Source: Eledone cirrhosa
Taxonomy: Eukaryota
Assembly: GCA_964016885.1 (NCBI GenBank)
Contig: OZ024740.1
Location: 42,904,001-42,968,000, forward strand
Direction of reading: 5' to 3'
DNA length: 64,000 nt
The notes beneath the pieces were generated by a model. The model made no database searches and was not told the DNA's origin. It worked only from the letters and a program-made list of their open reading frames with translations. The translations under genes were made by a program, and so were the position numbers. Positions 49,857 through 63,490 of the stretch are shown one piece after another. The first letter of the stretch is position 1; every line of letters starts with the position of its first letter.

Positions 49857-52005
49857 CTATATATTGGGTTTAAAGTTTTGGAAGGAGTGTCGGAAGCGGT
49901 GCTGGCATGACGCGAACACTTCTGATGTTTTATTAAGGAGGTTATGGTTAGAGAAGATAATAGTATGGGTCTCTAGTAGACAGAGGTTACAAAATTTATT
50001 AGGTGGTTTGTACGATGTCGCTTTACCTACCACTTTCCATTTAAGTGTTTCAGATCTATTTTTAGTTTTTAGATAGTGTATGTAGCTAGATAGTGGAGTG
50101 GAATTGCCTAGACTGTGTTTTTTGAAAGAATGGAGGTGCGAATTGCATCTGGTTTTGAAGCAGTTTGAAGTAGAGCCTATATAGGTTTCAGAAGAGTTGC
50201 TAGTTGTGACGGTGCATGAGTATATGATATCATTGATTAAGCATTTTTTATCTAAAGGGCAGGTTCTATTAGAATTACAGTTACAATTATTTTGGATGTT
50301 AGCCTGCCGGTTATTATGTTGTGTAGAAGTCTGGATGGTAGCTGTAGGATTATGGTTATGGGGGTTGTCGATCCCAGCGTTATTGCTTACACTATTGCTA
50401 TTACTATTATTACTATTGTTATCAGGGATAGTTGATATAATGTTATTTTGAAGGTTTACCCCCTGTTGTGATTTTGTTTGTTGGAAGTAAGAATTAATTT
50501 TTCTTTTATTGCTACTAGCTATCTGGTATGCTATGTTAGGCGTGGTAGAGTAGGAGATTTTAATTGTGTTTTTGTTTAAAAGGCTATGGTACTTGTGGCC
50601 AGATGGGAAGTGTTTATCTAGGAGTGAGAAGAAAGCCTTAGGTAGGTTGGTAGAGACGTTTAGATTGAAAGGAGGGTTGAAAAATGTATTATTTCTTCTT
50701 CTATTTTTGTTTTTTATGTCTGGTGAGTTGTTTCCGTTTATGGTACTATGGTAACTTCTGTGGTGTGGGTTACGTTTGTTGGCATCCTTCGTATTAGTGT
50801 GTGTGTGGTTGCTATTCTTATTACTAATTTTCCTCATGGACATATTGTGCGAAATAATGTTGTAGCTATGTGTTTTTGTAGGTAGGAACTCGATCTCTAT
50901 ATTATGGCCTGATCTAGCTAATGCCTGATTATAATATTGCGAGTTTTTGCTAAATATGTTTACGTCATAGGATAGATTAGAGATTCTATTGGATACTCCC
51001 TTAGAGATAGAGTTTAATATTGATCTAGGGTGGTTAGACTTGGTATCTACGTAAATCAGTTTTTCGTTAGGTTTATGGAAAGGTGTATATGTCCTTGAGT
51101 CTAGGTAGAGGGTGGCGTCTAGGAAGTTAACGTTTTTAGTGTTTTTGACTATGGTGATAGTAAGTTTATAGTTTTTGAAAGTCTTGTGCAATAGTTTTCT
51201 AGTTCTTTCTATATTGAATTTTTTATAGTCTATAAGTAGAAGTGCATCATCGCGGAACAAACCACCGTTGAGGTATGGAAGGTCCTTATGGATTTCGTTA
51301 AGTAAATATAGGCCGACCAAATCAGTGACCTGCGCCGAGTCACTAGATCCCATGGTTATGTCGAAGTTGTTTTGCGTATCCTTGCGGGTCCATAATTGGT
51401 CTTCAAACGTGATTACGGTTTTACGGGCCGCACGTATGACATCAATCTGAGGTCTAGTCAGGTCACTATTGTCATGGCCATGATTAGTGCCTTATTTAAT
51501 AGGATAGGGGAAATAGAGGTGTAGTATGAATTGATATCAACTTGAATACATTTTTTATCATTGTTTTCCTTGATATCTTTGAACCATTCAATAACTTCAC
51601 CCGTATTTCCCCATTGTTTAAGGTATATCTTGTTTTTAATCTGTGGGATGATTTTATCTAAAATTTTCTTACTGATAATGCCAATGTCAGACTTGGAAGG
51701 GCAGATAAGTGTAATCGAGGGGTTGCTAATGAAGTCCTCCTTATAGTCCTTCAGAGAGAATCTAGGGGGGTTCAGGGTATATGGTTGTGTATGTCTCTGA
51801 AGTCCTAGTTTGGACACTATATTATAGCCTTCCATATTAATATCTTCCAAGTTTTTCATAGTAGTTTTCTTGTAGCTTTTATGTAGTTCATTATATATAA
51901 ACTTTCTATATGTATTATAATCTAGGCTGTATATGTTATTAGTTTTGTCCGCATGTACAATAATTTTATTACTAGTTTTGAATTCATTAATACAGGTGTT
52001 AAGTT
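49857..52005 (-). mobile_element. Penelope-like retroelement 1 (RT + GIY-YIG endonuclease), 5'-truncated, disrupted near 51455
   Basis: ADKT, QVDINSYY, MGSSDS, FRDD, VNFLD, SNHP; CNC..CPL..CL, IIYSC..YIGST..R..H..E GIY-YIG. Confidence 0.9.
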
Positions 52006-52278
52006 ATATATGCATGTGTGTGTGTGTATGTGTGTATTTTAGTATGTGTGGGTGCTTACTCTGAAGTGTGAGCAGACGTGTGAAGTACTGAACCCAGCAT
52101 GACTCCATTGAAATGTGTAGGACGGAAAATGGTTGATGAACCGTGTGGCAGCAGATACTGACCAGAACTTGTGAAGAGTAAAAACAGCCAATGGCATGAC
52201 AAGAATGGAAATAGGGTTGTTTGAGGGGTTTTTTGATGATAACACCCCGGTGATAAAATTTGCTCCGGACGAAACACC

Positions 52279-52374
52279 CGTGTCTGAAAGAACCCGACCC
52301 GCAGAAGTAGAATCAGACAGATCCATACAAGGACCATGACTCGAGCTACATGCCGGCGAAACATTGGTAACACG
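52279..52374 (+). ncRNA. Type I hammerhead-like motif, decayed, in a non-coding element (52040-52412) abutting (TA)n
   Basis: cgtgt CTGAAAGA acc..ggc GAAA cattg GTA acacg; perfect 5-bp stem I. Confidence 0.5.
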
Positions 52375-52411
52375 AAATGCATCAGATGCATCACTGATTT
52401 TTCGTTTTCTT

Positions 52412-53089
<678 letters not shown>

Positions 53090-53268
53090 GGTAGATGTCT
53101 GTCTGTGTGTGTGTATGATTTTTATGCATTTCCACATTTCTCTACCCATTTTGATGATTTCCTTTTTCCAATGTGCTCCAAATTTACCAGGGCAGGTCAA
53201 CGCGTAATTACTTTTGCAAAAAATGTCCTGCTTCTATGAAAAAAATCAATAAAACTAAATACATGCTG

Positions 53269-53571
53269 TAACCCTCCTCTTACACGCTTCATTCCTCTCA
53301 CTACCCTCAATCTCCTCTGCAACTCTCTTTAAAAGGTTACTGCCTCCGTTTCTGAAGGAACGCGACACAGACTTTGATAACCCTCTCTCTTACACGCTTC
53401 ATTCCTCTCACTACCCTCAATCTCCTCCGCAAATCTATTTAAAAGGTTACTGCCTCCGTCTCTGAAGGAACGCGACACAAACTTTGATAACCCTCTCTCT
53501 TACACGCTTCATTCCTCTCACTACCGTCAATCTCCTCCGTAACTCTCTTTCAAAGGTTACTGCCTCCGTCT
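53269..53571. repeat. 110-bp tandem repeat x2.8 in Helitron 2 5' region
   Basis: taaccctc..ttacacgcttcattcc starts at 53269, 53378, 53488. Confidence 0.95.
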
Positions 53572-54177
53572 CCATTACAGTTTAGAACAACGACAAATCT
53601 TCTCTCTCTATAATAGATCATTCACCCTCTTCGTTCGTCATACATCAAATATCAAAATTTAAAAAGCCGATAACACTAAATACATACTGCTCTCTCAACG
53701 TTACATTTTACATCAAATAACAAATATTCAAAAGCTACAGATGAATTTATAAAACAACAAACGTAACAATTATGACGCTTAAGCGTTCATTTACTTGAAT
53801 CTCAACAACGACATTATATTTTATTGTTGTCCTTTTTGTAATTTTCTTTCTTTGTTTTTCTCAATATGAGACAAAAAATTAATGAGAAAACTTTTTTCAC
53901 GAACGTCCGATTTTGATGATTTATTTTCCAGTGTACTCCAAAATTACGCCCCTGTTTACGCTCTTTTGTGCTATAACTCAGACAGGCTTGGCTTACAGGT
54001 TTGACCTATTATTTGACGTGCATTCTTCATAGATCTTACTTAGTACTCACTTTCCACTTACTCACCGTTCAATTGAAAGTTTTGGCTACCCCTTTCATGC
54101 TCCATTACCTGCATAAATATTTACGTGTTCGGTCCTGCTACAACATAGTTCTCACTTGAAACTAATTCAAAGTTCAT

Positions 54178-57100
54178 TTGCCAGCCAAAAAAAGACCACG
54201 ACTTAGTCGCCAAACTAAAGCTGCTTCTGCTGCCAAACGAAGAAGTGCTACAGTGTTGTCCGTAGAAAAATTGATTCGGTTGTCACAAAATTCAATTCGA
54301 AAGGCAATTACCCGGGCAACCGAAACAGAAAAATACAGGAGCATCCGCCTTTCCGGAAATGAATTTGTAACTGCAGTTGCACGTGCAGCGCAAACTTATG
54401 AACAACATTCTCGACGACGAAGCAAAAATGCGGCCTCCACCGCTGCGGCACGTGACGGTGAGGACGAAGAACACCGTTCCAGACGTCAACGTACGGACGC
54501 CGCTTCAACAGCTTCCGTTCGCGCATCAGAGACTGAGCAAATTCAATTACAAAGGCTAAACGCCAACGCACTCCGCAGGAGTGCTAAACAAGGTACACAG
54601 AGGATCAGTTGCACTCAGTGGCCTCATAAGACTTTCCACTATGACCCAACAGTAAACTATGCACTGATGCCAGAAGTTCAGATTGGATCCATGTCTGTCA
54701 TTTGCCAATATTGTCGGGCAAAAAAATAGCCTGGGGAAACTTCAGGGATGTGCTGCTCTGATGGCAAAATGAGACTGCCTCCTCTACAGGAACCACCACA
54801 ACCTTTGAAGTCTCTACTCACCGGTGCTACAGCAGAGTCGGAACACTTCCTTCGATGTTCCAGGAGGTACAACCCTGCCTTCTAAATGACCTCTTTCGGA
54901 GCTGACATACGCGAGGACGGCTTACCACAGAATCGGTTCGCTACTGCACACGACAGACGGACAGCCCCAGTTCCTACAGCTATACTTTGTCACTGACTAT
55001 TTGGACCAAGCGGAACGACGCGCTTCAATTTCGCCTGACACAGACATGAAAATTCTGTTGCAACTCGAGAGAATGCTGCACGAAAACAACAACTACATTC
55101 GCAGTTTTAAATGCGCATTGGAGGCTGCTCCGTTGCCAAATTTTGCTTTTATAATCGACGCTGACAGGAAACCACCAGGCACCCACGCCGGGCGTTTTAA
55201 CACTCCCACGTGCAATGAAATAGCTGTGCTTCTTCATGGAGAACAGTACAACACGTGGGACACCATACTTCAGTGTAGGGACAATAGTCTACAACGGATC
55301 AGCGAGACGCATAGGTCCTACGACGCATTCCAATATCCCCTACTTTTCCCATTAAGTGACGACGGATACCACTTTGGAATTCCTTTGTGCAACAGCAACA
55401 AACCTGTTTCCTCTATGCAATTCTACACCTACCGATTCATGGTCCGCGTATGCTGCTTTAACCACCTCCACCGTGCAAGAGTACTCTTCAACCAGCTAGC
55501 TGTAGACGCGTGCGCAAAGATAGAATCTGAAAGGCTGTGCTACATAAGGAACAATCAAGCACGCCTTCGTTCGGACAGCTACATTCACTTACGGGATGGA
55601 GTAAGGAATGACGTCGATCCCGAGAACCTAGGAAAACATTGTATCCTTCCGTCGATCTTCATTGGGAGTCCCCGATACATGAGTGAACGCACACAGGATG
55701 CTTTGACGTACGTGCGTCTCTACGGCAGACTGGATCTCTTCATCACTTCAACATGCAACCCTAAGTGGAGTTAAATTACCGCGGAATTATTCCCTGGACA
55801 AAGGGCGTCAGACAGACACGACCTTACGGCACGAGACTTTCACTTGAACTCCTAAAATCAGGTAAGGCCTTTGGACCTGATAGGTGCTACGTATACACCG
55901 TGGAGTGGCGAAAGAGAGGCCTGCCACACGCTCACCTACTCATTTGGCTGATAACGAAAATCAACGCAAGCAGCATTGACAGCATCATTTCAGCAGAAAT
56001 ACCCGACCCCAAATTGGGCAGATAACTCCACAACATCGTCACTGCTCACATGGTTCATGGTCCATGCGGAAACGGTTTCAACATGAATTATCCATGCATT
56101 AAAGAAAGAAGGTGCACCAAGAGGTATCCTAGGCCATTCCTCCGACAAACTCGGACAGGTGGCGACGGTTATCCATTATACCGCCGCAGGGAGCCAGCAG
56201 ACGGAGGAATTGTTGCGAAAACACCACATCACAACGTCAACAACCGGTGAATTGTACTCTACTTCCCACTTCTGATTAAATTGTTTAACGCCCACATTAA
56301 CGTTGAATACTGCCACTCCGTCAGATTGATAAAGTACGTCTGCAAGTATATCAATAAGGTGTCCGATGCTGCGTCCTTTGGTCTTACAATGGAGAACAAC
56401 CGAGACAAAGTAACTCGATACCAGATCGGCCGATACATCAGCAGCAATGAAACGATCTGGCGATTCTTCCGCTTTGCAATACCCCCAAATCAAACAGTTG
56501 GCGGTGCACCTTAAAAACGGTCAAAGAGTCTACTTCACCGCCTCCACCGCTGCTGAGATAGCAGAGAAACCCAAGAACACCACACTTACGGCATTTTTTA
56601 AGTTATGCCGAAACGATCCCTTCACCAAGACTCTCTTCTACTCTCAGGTGCCATCATACTACATGGAACACAAACAGCAGAATTTGGTTAAGAAGGGTGA
56701 AAGGACAACCCGTCGAGGGACATCCAGACATTAAAATGTCTCCTACCCTTGGGAGAGTGTACACTATTCATCCTAACCAACAGGAAGTCTTTTATCTCTG
56801 CTTGCTACTGTATGAGGTGGTAGGACAGACATCTTTTGACGATCTGAAAACAATCAACGGAAAGGTTTGTACTTCATTACGCGCAGCCTGCCTTAGACGG
56901 GTTCTACTGGAAGATGAAGCTCAATGGGCTGCGACATTGGCGGAGGCAGCTACAATACGCTTAGCGCGAACTCTTCGGCGAATCTATGCGGTGCTACTGC
57001 AGACATGCAAGTTAAGCGACCCTGCATCCTAATGGGACAAATACAAAGAGGACCTTTCCGATGACTACATACACTAAGGACAACTGCTACTCCCCCATTC

Positions 57101-58571
57101 CGACGTACGACTCAGCGACGAATTCTTCAACAAAGCTCTCATTTACATCGAAAACAAAATCCTAACTGCCGGCGGAAATGACCTTCCAACGAAAACGAGC
57201 CAAAATTGTTGCAGGACCAACGGCAGGCGTATGACACAGTTTGTACTTCCATTCGTCAACGCAGAGGAGGTATATTCTTTTTGGATGCCCCAGGAGGAAC
57301 TGGTGAAACATTCGTCAGTAAAATCCTCCTCGCCAAAGTGCGACAGCAGAAAGGAATCGCCCTGGCTGTGGCTTCTTCTGGCATTGCCGCAACTCTGCTG
57401 CCCGGAGGTAGGACAGCTCATTCCGCATTTAAACTACCATTCAACACGACTTCAGACGACACAATAACCTGCAATATCACCAAGGACTCTGTCAAAGCGG
57501 AAGTCTTGAAAATATCCCACCTAATTGTGTGGGACGAATGCACAATGGCCCATAAAAGGTCCCTTGAGGCGTTAGACATGACCCTACGAGACATCAGGGA
57601 ATGCAACCGGCCAATGGGAGGAATACCTCTACTGCTGTCTGGCGATTTTAGACAAACTCTTCCAGTTGTTCCAAAAGCCACCAGGGCCAACACTGTGGGG
57701 GCTTGCATTATGTCATCTCCCCTGTGGAAGGAAGTGACAATCCTGACCCTCACAACAAACATGAGAGCCCAACTGCTCGGCGACCCCTCAGCAGCCGACT
57801 TCTCAAAAGACCTCTTAACAGTTGGTGACGACATTGCACCTTCAGCTGCAGCTGGAGAAATGGCAGTCTCGCAAGTAGACACCGTTGTCGACACTGTTGA
57901 CGACCTCACAGCCTCTGTCTTTCCCAATATGGCGACCAACTACAAAAAACATGAGTTGGCTGTGCGATAGAGCCATATTGGCTCCCAAAAATGTCCCCGT
58001 TGCAAAAGTCAATGAGGACCTTCTGCAACGCATTCCTGGAAACCTCCGTACCTACAAATCTGTGGTCAAAGTTGTGGACAAAGATGAGGTTGACGATTTT
58101 CTCACAGAATCCTCAGTTCCTTGGACCTCTCTGGACTGCCACCTCATGAACTGCGCGTCAAAGTTGGGACTCCAGTGATGCTGTTGAGGAACCTGGAACC
58201 ACCACGTCTCTGCAACAGAACACGGTTAGTGGTAAGAAACCTCCTGCCGCATGTAATTGAAGACACAATTCTCACGGGATGCGGCGCTGGAGAAAACGTC
58301 TTCATACCCAGAATACCATAAATTTCATCAGGTACCGAATGCCCCTGTACTCTGCGCCGACTTCAATTCCCCGTTAAACTTTACTTCGCGATGTCAATCA
58401 ACAAGTCCCAAGACCAAACGCTATCAACAGCAGGCCTGCATTTAGCCCAGCCGTGATTCTCACACGGCCAATTATACGTCACATGCTCAAGAGTTGGATG
58501 CAAACAGAACTTATTCATACTTGCGCCCAAAGGCTGGAACAAAAAATGTGGTCTACAGAGAGGTGTTGTGA
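54178..58571 (+). pseudogene. Helitron Rep (HUH) + PIF1 helicase, many stops and frameshifts
   Basis: CQYC..CC zinc motif; LFITSTCNPKW, VEWRKRGLPHAHLLI, YVCKYINK; LDAPGGTGETF, IVWDECTMAHK, GDFRQTLPV, FAMSINKSQ. Confidence 0.92.
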
Positions 58572-58680
58572 CTCCTCTATTGAGCCATCCGGATAGTTGA
58601 CTATCCGGATGGCTTCCAAAAACAATGGCTGCATTTTAATAGGGTACGTCAAAGCTTATTTGTAAAACTGTTATATATTG

Positions 58681-58745
58681 TATTTTGTCTGATGAAGGCA
58701 TACCATAATTTAATTTGGTATCCCTGAAATATGTATAATGAAATA
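58681..58745 (+). ncRNA. Type I hammerhead ribozyme motif, core intact, AUA triplet
   Basis: tattttgt CTGATGA aggcatacc..ggtatccct GAAA tatgt ATA atgaaata; element runs to (TA)n at 58878. Confidence 0.78.
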
Positions 58746-58873
58746 AATATGGTTTTATAAATATAGTTTCCATTTATTAATATCGTATATCTACTCCAAA
58801 TACTTGTCGAGTGTTTTATATCAGTTATAAAAATATTTACTTGTTGTATCCCAACAATTTTAAATACAGCTTT

Positions 58874-58876
<3 letters not shown>

Positions 58877-58956
<80 letters not shown>

Positions 58957-58979
58957 TGTATATATATATACACACGCAC

Positions 58980-59018
<39 letters not shown>

Positions 59019-59076
59019 TACATATATACATATATATATATACACACACATATACATATATATATATATATATGTC

Positions 59077-59147
<71 letters not shown>

Positions 59148-59167
59148 GTACACGTATACATATATAT
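58877..59167. repeat. Interrupted (TA)n microsatellite
   Basis: Directly visible. Confidence 0.97.
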
Positions 59168-59463
59168 GATTAAAAGTTTAACAAGGTTCATTGAATTAAT
59201 CAATGAATAAAGTTTTACAATAGATTAGAAGCACTCAATAGAGAGGTTTTGTAGTTTTTTGTTTATATTTATTACTTGTCTTTATATAAAATTATTATAT
59301 TTATTATTATATATTTTTATACATTTTCATACGTGCCCTCTTTATTATATATAGTTTTTCATGTTTCAACTTATGGTATATAAATATTGACTTTTGTTAT
59401 AACTAATCACTGCCAAGACTGTATTTGAACCATCAGCACAGTCGAGGTATGTCAGACATCAAT

Positions 59464-59528
59464 TTATTTTATCTGATGAGGACGTACTGATGAAATAGCT
59501 CAGTACTGACATATGTATAATAAAATAA
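59464..59528 (+). ncRNA. Type I hammerhead-like motif with GAAA>GACA
   Basis: ttattttat CTGATGA ggacgtactga..tcagtact GACA tatgt ATA ataaaataa; perfect 9-bp stem I. Confidence 0.65.
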
Positions 59529-59746
59529 TAAAATATATTTGAGCACATGAATGTCTATATTTATTAATATTTTGAAGTAATATTATATATATATATATAA
59601 ATATATATATTAGAAAGTGAGGTTTTTTTACAAAATGAAAAATAACCGAGGTGTCCTACACGAGTGAAAGTATAAAGAAAAAAAGATGAAATCGAAAATG
59701 CAAGTGGAGTCTTATTTTAAAAAATATATATATATTTATTTGTTTC

Positions 59747-59782
59747 CTTTACCGGTTTCGCAGTTCTTCTGCTTTTCAAAAG
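59747..59782 (-). ncRNA. Minimal type I hammerhead, U3-A8 variant (3' pLTR)
   Basis: ctt TTGAAAA gcag aagaa ctgc GAAA ccg GTA aag. Confidence 0.72.
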
Positions 59783-60501
59783 TAAAGTTGAGTTGGAGGG
59801 TCTGTGGTTTTTCTCACATCTGGTTGGTCTCTGAATGTTACTTGTTTTATATTGAAAAAGTGGCTCGAAATGCTAGGTTTTTCGAGAAGTAATTTGATTG
59901 GTTGGTCAATAATTATAATAAATTACGCGCCAGTTCGCGTTACAAAGTTCTTCAAAGAAGAGGGGGGGGTGTCACAGGTTTAAAAAAAGGGGGCTCACGA
60001 AGGCTTTTTTTTAATAAACGTAATTTGATTGGTTATAAATGAAATTATGGCTGTCAAGTGAAAAAGTTTTCATTAGATTTTCGCGCCCTTATTTGGAAAT
60101 CGATTCTGTAGCCTCTTTAGAGAATTTTATGATAAGTAATAGATAATGGTCAAGAGAAATGGGATGGAAGAATTGTTCTGGTTCAATGAATATGGTTAGT
60201 TCGCTGGGGTATCAGAATTCAGATGTTATATTGAATAAAGAAAGTAAAGATATGTATGTATATTTGTGTGCTTGTGTGTGTGTATTTGAATTTCTTTTTA
60301 CTTTAAAAAAATGGGGCTCACGATGGCTTTTTTTTAATAAACGTAATTTGATTGGTTATAAATAAAATTATGGCTGTCACGTGAATAAGTTTTCATTAAA
60401 TATTCGCGTCCTTATTTGAATATGGTTAGTTCGCTGGTGTGTCACAATTCAGATTTTCTATTGAATAAAGAAAGTAAAGATATGTATGTTTATTTGTGTG
60501 C

Positions 60502-60539
<38 letters not shown>

Positions 60540-62413
60540 TGGAAGATGATTCTATTAGTAGAAATGGGGGAGGGAGTTGTGTGTGTGTATATGGGTGTTA
60601 TGTGTGTGGGAGTATGTTAAGATGGAGAGAATATATATTTTGTGTGTGTGTATATAAGTGTGTAGGAAAGTGATTCTATTAGTAGAAATGGGGGAGGGGA
60701 GTTGTGTGTGCGAGGGTGAGGGTTGTTATGTGTGTGTATGGGTGTTATGTGTGTGGGAGTATGGTTAGCATGTTAAGATGAAGAGAATATATATATATAT
60801 TGTGTGTGTGTGCGTGTGTGTGTGTGTAGGAAAATGATTCCTTGATTAGGAATATTTTTGAATAAACATATTTTCCTTACTTATTCGTATTTGTTCTGTT
60901 GTATTGTCAGTGCAAACGTATGTTAAGGTTTATTTAGTCCGGGTTTTTATTTTCTAAAGTAGAAGGTGTTATGTGTGTGTGTATGTATCTGTTTGGATGG
61001 TTAGCATGTTATGTTGTTGACATAATGTATATTAAACCATATTTAATGCTGGTCTATATTTTTGAATAAACATATTTTCCTTATTTATTCGTATTTGTTC
61101 TGTTGTATTGTTAGCGCAAAGGTAAAATGGGAAGACTTGGAATTTGGGTGTCTTATTACTTGCGCATATGTCTAGATGTGCGCTTAATGGTATCTGTCTC
61201 GTGGTTTGATCTCGTAATTGTTGGCGATGAACTGTCATTCTATTTCTGAGTGTGAGTTTAGTTTGTCCTATATAATCTTCATGGCATAAACTAGATTTTT
61301 GATGAGCAAGTGAAGTGATTTTTTACAGTAAAATTGTGTCCTGATTTAAATGTATACGTGTTGCCTTCAATGAGGTGAATGCAGGTTCCACAATTAGAGC
61401 GACCACATTTTTTGACACTTGGTTGTGGGTTTGTGGCAGGTAATTTGGCATTGGTGAGTAATGTTTTCAGTGATTTCGGTTGTCTTTTGCTTTTGATTAT
61501 TTTGTGTGTTTCAAGGGCTTTTTCACCTTGGGTTTTGTTTTAGTAGTGGGATGTTCTTGTGAATAATGTTGTAAGCTTCCGCATTTCTTGGGCTGTGTGT
61601 TGAGATATATGATAGAATATTGGACATACCTTGACTTTGTTTCTGTTTTCGTAATTCATCAATGCCTATTGCTTTAGCCCTTTCTATTCCATTATTTATT
61701 AGTAATAGTGGTTACTCTCTTTCGAGTAGAATTTCCTTTAATTCTTGAAGTCTTTTATTTCGCGTTTCATAATTGGAGACAATTGTGCAAATTCTTCTTG
61801 CTAGGTTAAAAGGAATGTTCGTCTTCGTGTGCTTTGGATGGTTGGAGGTCAATAGCAGGTATTGTTTGGAATCTGTTGGTTTGTAGTGTATGTCAGTTTC
61901 AATATTTGTGTCTTTTTTTAAGATTAAGATGTCCAGAAATGGGAGTTGATCTTGGCTGTATTCCATTGTGAATTGGATGTGGTTATTGATGCCGTTTATT
62001 AAGTTTTTGAATTCCTTCAGTTGGTCGAGTGTGTGGGACTAAAGAATGAGACAATCATCCAAGTAGCGTTTCCAATTCTCTGATAAATATTTGTAGAAGT
62101 TCAATCCGTATTTTGATTTGGACTGTTCATATATCTGGACTTCTAAGTATGCCATGACTAAGTTTTAAGTAAAAAGAAATTCAAACACTCATATATGAAA
62201 AAACAACCTGTGACCCCCCCCCCCCCCCCCCCCCCTTGTCTGAAGAACTTTTATAACGCGAATTGGCGCGAAATTTATTATAATTATTGACCAACCAATC
62301 AAATTACTTCTCGAAAAACCTGGCATTTCGAGCCACTTTTTCCATATAAAACAAGTAACATTCAGAGACCAACCAGATGTGAGAAAAACCACAGACCCTC
62401 CATCTCAACTCTA

Positions 62414-62449
62414 CTTTTGAAAAGCAGAAGAACTGCGAAACCGGTAAAG
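62414..62449 (+). ncRNA. Minimal type I hammerhead, U3-A8 variant (inverted pLTR)
   Basis: Identical motif to 59747-59782; AATAAA follows. Confidence 0.72.
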
Positions 62450-62518
62450 GAACCAAATAAATATATACATTTTTTTAAAAATAAGACTCTAGTTGCATTT
62501 TCAATTTCATCTTTTTTT

Positions 62519-62581
<63 letters not shown>

Positions 62582-62625
62582 TGAAGAATAACACGGTCAA
62601 CAGTACAAACAAGGAGATTTATTTA

Positions 62626-62734
62626 CAGTCTAACAATTTTTTCCATGATAGAGTTGTCTAGAAATTGCTAAACACTGAAGACAGCATAACTCAATTTAAA
62701 ATACATGCAACCTACATAATTTCATCAGAAACTG
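62626..62734 (-). ncRNA. Type I hammerhead-like motif, long stem II insert, partly decayed
   Basis: cagttt CTGATGA ..~80 nt.. GAAA aaatt GTT agactg, then AATAAA and (TA)n. Confidence 0.55.
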
Positions 62735-62883
62735 ATAAGAAATACCAAATACATGCGTAACGGTAAACTTATAAATTCAAATTACTACATCAATAATAGT
62801 ATTAATGAAAAAGAAATAAAGGGGGACAGATGGAAAGGAGAGGGAAAAAATATTTATATATATACATGTATACATATATATGT

Positions 62884-63165
62884 GGAGGCACGCGGCCTAG
62901 TGGTAAGAGTGTTGGACTTACGATCATAATGTCATGAGTTCGATTCCTGGGTGTCGTGTTGTGTTCTTGAGCAAAACACTTCATTTCACGTTGCTCCAGT
63001 ATACTTTCAGGACATGAGTACCAGCATTAGCTGGAGGTTTAACCCTACGATGGACTGGCGTCCTGTTCAGGGGGGAGTCTTGTACTCTCAGTCGCTTCAC
63101 GCCATGAAACCGGGATAAGCACTTGCCAAATGAGCCTTCTGGCTTAAGACAGACTTTAGACCTTT
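62884..63165 (+). mobile_element. tRNA-derived CORE-type SINE (family 2)
   Basis: A box cggcctagtgg, B box gttcgattcc, CORE-like gtgttcttgagcaaaacacttcatttcac. Confidence 0.82.
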
Positions 63166-63199
63166 TTTTATACATATACACACACACATATATATATAT

Positions 63200-63251
<52 letters not shown>

Positions 63252-63273
63252 ACATATATATATATACATCTAT

Positions 63274-63338
<65 letters not shown>

Positions 63339-63406
63339 CAAGGTTTAGCAAATAATGAAAAAGTTTCAAAATAAATTTAAAAAAATTAACTTTACTTACT
63401 ATAGTT

Positions 63407-63490
63407 ACCTTTACCGAATCGGTTTCGAATCTCAAAAATAAACGGAGACCATACGGCCTTCGTTGCAAAGAAAGATGCTCGTCAGAAGGT
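63407..63490 (-). ncRNA. Type I hammerhead ribozyme, core intact
   Basis: acctt CTGACGA gcatct..agattc GAAA ccgattcg GTA aaggt. Confidence 0.85.

Larger units (their letters stand above)
59670..62525 (-). mobile_element. Penelope-like retroelement 2, 5'-truncated, with inverted ~320-bp pLTRs (59670-59980 and 62204-62525)
   Basis: WKRYLDD, LPFLDI, YKPTDSKQYL..SNHP, YIGQT..R..H..E (61032-62163); terminal blocks are reverse complements. Confidence 0.9.

Noticed and set aside
52229-52290. Alternative HHR register TTGATGA..GAAACacccgtGTC
   Set aside because: Weak stems I and II; the overlapping 52279-52374 register has a perfect stem I
62240-62280. Second CTGAAGA..GAAA in the Penelope 2 pLTR
   Set aside because: Stem II does not close on the core and GAAA is not conserved in the other pLTR
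62884-62950. tRNA gene
   Set aside because: A/B boxes lead into a SINE body; no full cloverleaf
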